A program made the position numbers and the translations under genes. The notes beneath the pieces were generated by a model. It saw nothing but the letters and a program-made list of their open reading frames with translations, made no database searches and was not told the DNA's origin. DNA of 64,000 nt from Sphingobacteriales bacterium. GTDB taxonomy: Bacteria > Bacteroidota > Bacteroidia > UKL13-3. Of the stretch, positions 58,801 to 64,000 are shown one piece after another. Position 1 is the first letter of the stretch. Each line of letters starts with the position of its first letter. The DNA lies in the NCBI GenBank assembly GCA_021299635.1, contig JAJTFA010000002.1, forward strand, positions 249,110-313,109, given 5' to 3'.

Positions 58801-61800
58801 GCAGTAAGTTCGCCATCATTTAATGTAGTGCCTTCTGCATGCACAAACATGCGTAGCTTACCATATCTTCTTAAATCTACATTGGTTACATTTTTAAATA
58901 CACCTCTTGCATCTGCATCTTTGAGGTTACAAATCTGAACCGATAATGATTGTTCATTTTGTTGAATGGCTTGGGGCGCACTAAAATCAAGTTCACGTTG
59001 TATGCCCGGAGGTGTAACATAAGGTAAAGGCACACGGAATCGATTTTCTTCTATGTTTACTGTAGATACTACAAACTTCGTATCATCATCCGGATCGCTG
59101 GGTTTATTTTCTTTGCCCTGCTCTAAGCTTCCTAAATATTTTCTCCAATCGGCACGTACCAATTGAAATGCACCTAAACGCAATACCATCTGGTCTTCAA
59201 AGCCGCGCATAAACACGCGCATAAAACGAATGGATTTGAAATCTAAAATCTGCCCAACTCGTTTCTCATATTCTCTGATGGGTACCTTTAGCTGATACCA
59301 GGTTACTTGCTCATTGGTTCCATTTTCAAGCTTTACAGTTGTAACCACACTATCGGTTACATAGTTTTGTCCAACAACTAATCTTTCTTTACTGATATCA
59401 ATTCTATACTGATAATATTCTTCAATATCGTTTAATGTATAATCTCTGTTGATGTCTTCCATATCAGGCAGGTTGGTTGCTACAGGTGGCGGAGATGCTG
59501 CAGATACAGGTGAGTTTCCCTGTGTGTTTGAAAAATAACGGAAGCGGTCTAATATAGATGGAGAGTTTATATTGAGGTAGAATTGGAAATTATCTTTTGA
59601 TGGATCTTCGTTTGCAAGCTGATAGGCAATAGATGTAGTTCCATAGAGATTGGCTACTTGTTGCAGATAATTATTGCTAAAGTGTAAGCGCTCGCCTTCG
59701 TCATTTAGCCCATCTAATCCCACATCTTGCAGTTCTCTGGAGGCAGGGTCGGCATCAAAGGCATAGTTTATTACCGGTTGTCTGGTAACCCGCCCCCAAA
59801 CTGTTGTATCAATTGCCAGGCTGAGGTCATTGGCTCTTGGTAACCCATTTTCTGCAGCTTTCCGATTATCGCGCAGCACATCCTCAGAAATATTACCCAG
59901 GTTTATATAAAGTTGTCCGCGGTTATTTTGATTGGGGTTAGACAGGTAAGGATCGAGCATCCATATTTCAATATAATCAATATTAGCGGCTTCAAAATCA
60001 TTCTGATCTATTTTGCGCATAAGTCCGCCCCAATTGTTCTTAGGGTCCTTAAGTGTTCCGTCTGCATTAAGGCCTGAAAGGGTGTAGTTAAAAGGGCCTC
60101 TCTCCTTTGGATAAAATGCAAAATCAAGCGTGGCAATATTTTGAGGCATCCCTTGCTGTATTTGCCTGCTTGGGTAAATCTCGTTTACAAATATTTGCCG
60201 TACCCGGTGATTGGACAACTCCTCGTCAGTTATATTGGTTGGCCTAAATGGATTTCCCTCTTGGTAAAAATTTGTAGGGATAGAATACCAAGATAATTGC
60301 GCGCGTCTGAAACCATAAGTTAAGTCGTTCAATAAATTTCCTTCAGGAAATAAATCGGTTTGACCTTGAGGAGTGCTGGCTAGAACCCAATTGTTGGTTC
60401 CGCGCAAATCAATCTGGGTTTCGCTTCCTTCAAAATCATCCAGATAGGCAGTACCTCCTTGCGCAAGTGCACCTTGCACACCGGGAAATAAGCGGGCATA
60501 TTCTGCAGATAAAGTTAAATCTGATTTTTCTTTTGTTTCAATAAAGGGTAATGCATCTACAATCTTGGTAATTAAGCGCGATTCAGTTTTATAGGAGCCA
60601 TCAAACCCTATCATTACATTTGAGATAGGTTCTTCATTCAAGTTTACTTTTGGTGTTAGTGGCCGCTCATTGAGCCACAAGACCGTTCCGCCAAGAAGGA
60701 AATCACGGTTTACCTTGAAATCAAACCTTGAGCCCATCAGTGTTTTTTGCTGGATACTAAAGAGTGAATTACTTTCTGATGATACTTTGATAATGGCACC
60801 GGAGTTTAGTAATCCGGTATTGATGATGCGCACGCGTCCGATATTGTAATCAACAGTAAAATCAACATTTTCGGTAAGAGGAGCACCGTTGGCAGTAACC
60901 CTTACTGAGCCTCGCGGCACATTTGTTGAATTGAGTGATATTTCATTGGTTGATTGCCCCTGATAGCTTCCGCGGAGAAAAAATTTATTGTACTGTGGCA
61001 GTTGTATGGCCGCAAAGCGGGTAGAGTCATACAGTTCATAAAAGCAATAGTAACGTGCGCGTGAAGGATCATTTATAAACTTTTTTTGCAAATAAGTACC
61101 GAATGGCTCAACCATTGGAAAAATAATACGGCCCTGTTGCGTATTGATGGTAACTCCTTCAATAAAATCAAACAAACCATCAGGAGCCCTTTCCTGCTGG
61201 GTATTTAAATTATCCAGATTAAATACACTTACCAAGGGCACACCAATTAAAGCTGGTTCATTTTGTGCAGGTATATAGTTTAAATCTGCTCCAGATGGGT
61301 CATCTGCATAAATAATATTGAGACGAAAATCTTTTTGCTGTACGCCAAATGTTCCTAATGAGTAAATATTTTTCATCATTAGATCCCAGATAGGTAGGTC
61401 AGGTCTGAGTGATGGACCCTTTAGCATTTTGGTAAAAAGCACATTGGGTTGTTGCGCATTTACCGGCACATCGGTAGTAAATTCACCCACCTTATAAACC
61501 TTGCCGTTTAATGTATATTCATAAGCTACGCAAAGTACATCGTCATTGTTCAGTGTTTGATTTAATGAGATATAGCCTAGCCTTGGATTTATAGTGTATT
61601 CATTGGCACTTAATAATCTTGAATAATTAATCATCTGATATTGAGAGATGGCCTGAAGTTTTGTTTGATTTTGATCACGCAGCAACTGATTTTGCACGTC
61701 AAAGGAAGAACGAAGTGCATCTTTATTGCTGTTTAATGAACGGCCCAGCAGGTAATCATATAAGCCATTTGTAAGGTTATTTGGAAACGTATCAAACGGA

Positions 61801-62981
61801 ATTGGATTTACATTCCAGTTTTTATTATCTCTTCTCGATGCTTCACCCATATCTGCAAATCCAACTACATCTCTGGAATTATCAAAAGCACCTGTGCGGT
61901 TTGTTACCCAAACCTCCACACGGTTAATGATAACAGGCGAGCCTATAATTGGCAGGTTTGACAACCACTGATCGTAATTATCCCTAAAATAATGAGATAA
62001 GAAAAAGTGGCGATTCATGTCATAATTATCTCCTTGTATATCAAATCGAGTGGATTGTGCGCCTCCTTGTATCTCTGTTTCGGTCGTTCTGCCTCTTTGC
62101 TGTGTAAATATGGAAGTCATGGTTAATCTTCCAAACTGCATAACTGATTTTACGCCAAATAAGCTTTGGCTGCCCTGAATAAGAGAGGAATTGAGCGGAA
62201 GGCTAACATTACCCAATTCAATCTTTTTTATGATATCATCATCTTTTCCTGCATAATCAAGTTTTACCTGGTTTTCAAAATCAAAAGTAGCTTCGGTATC
62301 ATAATTCAGATTTACTTTTAATCTGTCGCCAATACTTCCTTGAACGCTTAGCTGTATCTTTTGTCTGAAGTCGAATTGCCCGATGGTTTGCTGTTGAGGA
62401 GCAAACGCAGGATTCTTCACTGTATTGAAGTTACCTGAAAAAATAAGTTCTGCCGTACCTCTTGGTCTAATATCAATAACCCCACTTCCAAAAATGCGTT
62501 CAAAAATTTTAGGACCAATTTTGAGTGGTGGTATGATACCGCTGCCACTTGCCATATTATTGGCCTGAGCCCTTTGTCTGAAATAAGCAATGTTTTGTCG
62601 GTTATTTTCTGCTTTCAGTTGCTCAGCAATCGTTACAGAGGCAGGCATACGATACTCTGAATTGCCAATTTGAGAAGAGTAATTGTATCGGTTTTCAGAA
62701 GAATCGAGTGCGTATTTTTCGGAGATATTAGAGGGTTCTGATAAGTCAAGCGGGTGACGATTTGATGCCCGTTCATAAGGAATACGATCTTTTATTGGAA
62801 ATTTTAGTGGCTTGCGGCTGGTGTCTTGAGCACTTGAATCAGGCGGGAGCACAATTTTGAAATCATGACTTTTGGAGTCTTTTTCAGGCAAAACAGCGGG
62901 CGTAGCTCCCCACACCAACGTGATGAAGAAGGCAAAAGCAGATGAAATTGATATGTACTTAAATCCCGATTTACTTGACAA
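55821..62981 (-). CDS. sprA: T9SS outer-membrane translocon SprA/Sov
   Basis: 2386 aa; IFG...IDIRPRG.AEL, YDTEATFDFEN, DDIIKKIELGNVS, SQSLFG, WDLMMKNIY, DFKSIRFMR, VWFNEMR. It lies downstream of ruvA, as is usual in Bacteroidota. Confidence 0.96.
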   Translation of the reverse strand: MSSKSGFKYISISSAFAFFITLVWGATPAVLPEKDSKSHDFKIVLPPDSSAQDTSRKPLKFPIKDRIPYERASNRHPLDLSEPSNISEKYALDSSENRYNYSSQIGNSEYRMPASVTIAEQLKAENNRQNIAYFRQRAQANNMASGSGIIPPLKIGPKIFERIFGSGVIDIRPRGTAELIFSGNFNTVKNPAFAPQQQTIGQFDFRQKIQLSVQGSIGDRLKVNLNYDTEATFDFENQVKLDYAGKDDDIIKKIELGNVSLPLNSSLIQGSQSLFGVKSVMQFGRLTMTSIFTQQRGRTTETEIQGGAQSTRFDIQGDNYDMNRHFFLSHYFRDNYDQWLSNLPIIGSPVIINRVEVWVTNRTGAFDNSRDVVGFADMGEASRRDNKNWNVNPIPFDTFPNNLTNGLYDYLLGRSLNSNKDALRSSFDVQNQLLRDQNQTKLQAISQYQMINYSRLLSANEYTINPRLGYISLNQTLNNDDVLCVAYEYTLNGKVYKVGEFTTDVPVNAQQPNVLFTKMLKGPSLRPDLPIWDLMMKNIYSLGTFGVQQKDFRLNIIYADDPSGADLNYIPAQNEPALIGVPLVSVFNLDNLNTQQERAPDGLFDFIEGVTINTQQGRIIFPMVEPFGTYLQKKFINDPSRARYYCFYELYDSTRFAAIQLPQYNKFFLRGSYQGQSTNEISLNSTNVPRGSVRVTANGAPLTENVDFTVDYNIGRVRIINTGLLNSGAIIKVSSESNSLFSIQQKTLMGSRFDFKVNRDFLLGGTVLWLNERPLTPKVNLNEEPISNVMIGFDGSYKTESRLITKIVDALPFIETKEKSDLTLSAEYARLFPGVQGALAQGGTAYLDDFEGSETQIDLRGTNNWVLASTPQGQTDLFPEGNLLNDLTYGFRRAQLSWYSIPTNFYQEGNPFRPTNITDEELSNHRVRQIFVNEIYPSRQIQQGMPQNIATLDFAFYPKERGPFNYTLSGLNADGTLKDPKNNWGGLMRKIDQNDFEAANIDYIEIWMLDPYLSNPNQNNRGQLYINLGNISEDVLRDNRKAAENGLPRANDLSLAIDTTVWGRVTRQPVINYAFDADPASRELQDVGLDGLNDEGERLHFSNNYLQQVANLYGTTSIAYQLANEDPSKDNFQFYLNINSPSILDRFRYFSNTQGNSPVSAASPPPVATNLPDMEDINRDYTLNDIEEYYQYRIDISKERLVVGQNYVTDSVVTTVKLENGTNEQVTWYQLKVPIREYEKRVGQILDFKSIRFMRVFMRGFEDQMVLRLGAFQLVRADWRKYLGSLEQGKENKPSDPDDDTKFVVSTVNIEENRFRVPLPYVTPPGIQRELDFSAPQAIQQNEQSLSVQICNLKDADARGVFKNVTNVDLRRYGKLRMFVHAEGTTLNDGELTAFVRLGTDLTNNYYEYEIPLKASMLGDAGANNIWPSENEMILELEELINTKIQRTNASHPFTAVYTRDLGGNKKIRVVGLPDLSNVRVMMLGVRNPRAFPGSNDDGLPKCAEVWFNEMRATEFNNNGGWAATARAQVKLADFGTMQVAGNLTTVGFGGIDKKINERTFDDTYQYDIQGSFELGKFLPTKLGISIPIFLSYGNTLVRPFYNPLNPDTRLQKEIDETTNEERRDRISRAADDFTARRSLNFTNIRKNRVGAAKAHVWDIENWTFTYSYSETFRRNQTMEYYILQNYKTITAYQYSFNPKAWEPFNKIIKSKQLTLLKDFNLMFLPQVWGARLETDRRYGVTINRNNDNPLTLIQPLYDKMFTMTRYYEFSYSLSKSLRLDYNATVLARVDEPLGQIDEKTPAKRDSMWNNFWNGGRLMQYDQAIRFNYNIPINKIQQLNFISQSAYSYTVNYQWKQAPPAADSLGNTISNSKTEAWNFNLNMSLLYNKWKFLRDINNPVKKTPRKPADEEEEKKEPNKKDTKTKKKKEDNSPKNYGPFVRIPFKLITSLKNITFAHTTNKGVALPGFKTRPQYLGQNFDNDGPGFDFILAMQDDNYRFRAAENGWLSNDPRITNFYTEDFRENITGRATLEPITDFRIELNMQSQRSLQTSVLFRYDSIRKEFVDVNIPTQTGNFSITYNTLATAFNDPAEVFKRFQENRLAIANRLGQNPELPGGTADSNGFPRGYSRLSQEVLIPAFLSAYGGEDASKIGLTPFPKIPDLNWRITYNGLTKIELIKEYASNVTISNQYTSTYNVGAFQTILPGDTNASPSFTGDYASKYQIRQISITERWGPFIGIDITFVNNIQAKLEYKRDRTMNFTLTNGQLNEQTASEWVIGAGYRASNLAIPMLGGGGRRLVLENEVNFRLDFSIRNNLTKIRYLDRESNDPVQGQVIYDLKPQIDYNFNEKLMMRIFYSYRRTDPATSNSFPTIIQSGGVSLRYTIQ

Positions 62982-62996
62982 AGTAAAGATGCGCCA

Positions 62997-63581
62997 TCAA
63001 AGAATTTTTAGGGTGTTTTTAACTAATTGTTCAACTGTATATTCGGGGTTCTGCTGTTTAATTTTGATAAGCCCTTTTTCCGCTTCAGCCTTACTAAATC
63101 CAAGCATAACAAGCGCTGAAAGGGCCTCTTCCATTTTGGTATTTTTTTCAGTAGCAAAACTGAAACCTTCCGCAGATTCAACCTTCTTTATTTTATTTTT
63201 TAAATCAATCACCACTTTCTGAGCAGTTTTTTCACCGATACCTTTTACCGTTTTAATCAACGCCCAGTTTCCTGCGCTTATTGCTTGCTTAATATCTGCT
63301 GGCTTAAGTGCGGAGAGCATTAGGCGTGCAGTATTGGTACCAACCCCACTAACGGAAATAAGCTGTTTAAATATGGTTCTCTCTTCTTCATCGGCAAATC
63401 CATAGAGGATATGCGCATCTTCTTTGATAATCAGGCAGGTAAGTACTTTAATGCGTTCACTCTCTGCTATTTTTTCAAACGTATTTAATGATATATTTAC
63501 CTCATAGCCAACACCTGAACACTCTACAACTATATAGGTGGGGGTTTTTTCTATCAGTTTTCCTTCCAGATGCGATATCAA
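62997..63581 (-). CDS. ruvA: Holliday junction branch migration protein RuvA
   Basis: GVGYE, KEDAHILYGF, LISVSGVG, VKGIGEKTAQK, ALVMLGF. Start taken as TTG 63581. Confidence 0.96.
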   Translation of the reverse strand: MISHLEGKLIEKTPTYIVVECSGVGYEVNISLNTFEKIAESERIKVLTCLIIKEDAHILYGFADEEERTIFKQLISVSGVGTNTARLMLSALKPADIKQAISAGNWALIKTVKGIGEKTAQKVVIDLKNKIKKVESAEGFSFATEKNTKMEEALSALVMLGFSKAEAEKGLIKIKQQNPEYTVEQLVKNTLKIL

Positions 63582-63654
63582 AGCGTTTAATTGATTAAAG
63601 ATAAGTCTGCTAAAATAAGAAATGTTTGTAATTTTGAATGCATTTCGGGCATTT

Positions 63655-63990
63655 ATGATCAAATATTTAAAAATTATATTAACCGCATTTTTACTGCTTC
63701 AGTGCTTTTATGCATTTGAATTACAGTCACTTAAAGCCGAATTGCCTCCACCCATCGGTACACATCGTGTGATACATGCCAATGGCAGAATTGCTGAAAC
63801 AGGCCACTATAAAAACGGTCTGAAACACCGCATATGGCATTATTACAATGCAAATGGGGTGAGAGTAAAAAGAGAAAAATGGCTAGATGGCACATTGATT
63901 TGGCAGGTATTTTATAATGAGAGGGGGCGCACAATAAGAACCATTGACAAGTATGGTAATGTTAAAGAATTCTCTGGTTGTGGATGCTGA
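63655..63990 (+). CDS. small exported MORN2/YwqK-like repeat protein
   Basis: Signal peptide; HANGRIAETGHYKNGLKHRIWHYYNANG and FYNERG repeats; ends in SGCGC. Confidence 0.6.
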   Translation: MIKYLKIILTAFLLLQCFYAFELQSLKAELPPPIGTHRVIHANGRIAETGHYKNGLKHRIWHYYNANGVRVKREKWLDGTLIWQVFYNERGRTIRTIDKYGNVKEFSGCGC

Positions 63991-64000
63991 GGCTAATCAA

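Noticed and set aside
4678..63662. N-terminal extensions in the ORF track (gluQ, tatC, sucD, thiolase, PKS, SDR, peptidase, ruvA)
   Set aside because: The extensions overlap neighbouring genes or promoter elements. Downstream starts fit the family N-termini better.
1588..63934. Many short ORFs antisense to, or out of frame within, real genes (e.g. 2929-3276, 5932-6354, 21848-22318, 58291-58611)
   Set aside because: They are shadows of well-supported genes and have no recognisable motifs.
63655..63990. YwqK antitoxin of a polymorphic toxin system
   Set aside because: No toxin gene is upstream, and these repeats are widespread in exported Bacteroidota proteins.
1..64000. CRISPR arrays, tRNA/rRNA, transposases, integrases or prophage genes
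   Set aside because: I saw no regular repeat-spacer pattern, cloverleaf or mobile-element protein motif. Intergenic spaces are short.

Overview
This is a gene-dense, AT-rich window from a Bacteroidota chromosome. The evidence is sprA, a PorV-like gene, T9SS C-terminal sorting domains, TAnnTTTG -7 promoter elements and no obvious Shine-Dalgarno sites. Most genes are housekeeping (lnt, gluQ, tatC, rpiB, meaB, rluD, rpsT, asd, sucD, truA, thiL, ruvX, def, dxs, menF/menI-like, sprA, ruvA). Three accessory modules stand out. (1) A two-gene phototrophy cassette at 13817-16696: a DTE-type proteorhodopsin with Met at the tuning site and Gly at the antenna-fenestration position, followed by one 673-aa ORF that fuses a lycopene beta-cyclase (CrtY) to a Brp/Blh beta-carotene 15,15'-dioxygenase, a possible one-polypeptide lycopene-to-retinal enzyme. 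(2) A tightly packed minus-strand run at 39857-46502: UbiA prenyltransferase, type III PKS, methyltransferase and FAD oxidoreductase, continuing directly into an atypical SDR, a flavin reductase and an Fe-S cryptochrome/(6-4) photolyase. (3) A Fic-fold protein with an erased catalytic motif and a C-terminal DeoR-like wHTH. One nonsense pseudogene (DMT family) and several intrinsic terminators were found. I saw no rRNA, tRNA, CRISPR array or IS element. All calls come from reading motifs by eye; no searches were run.
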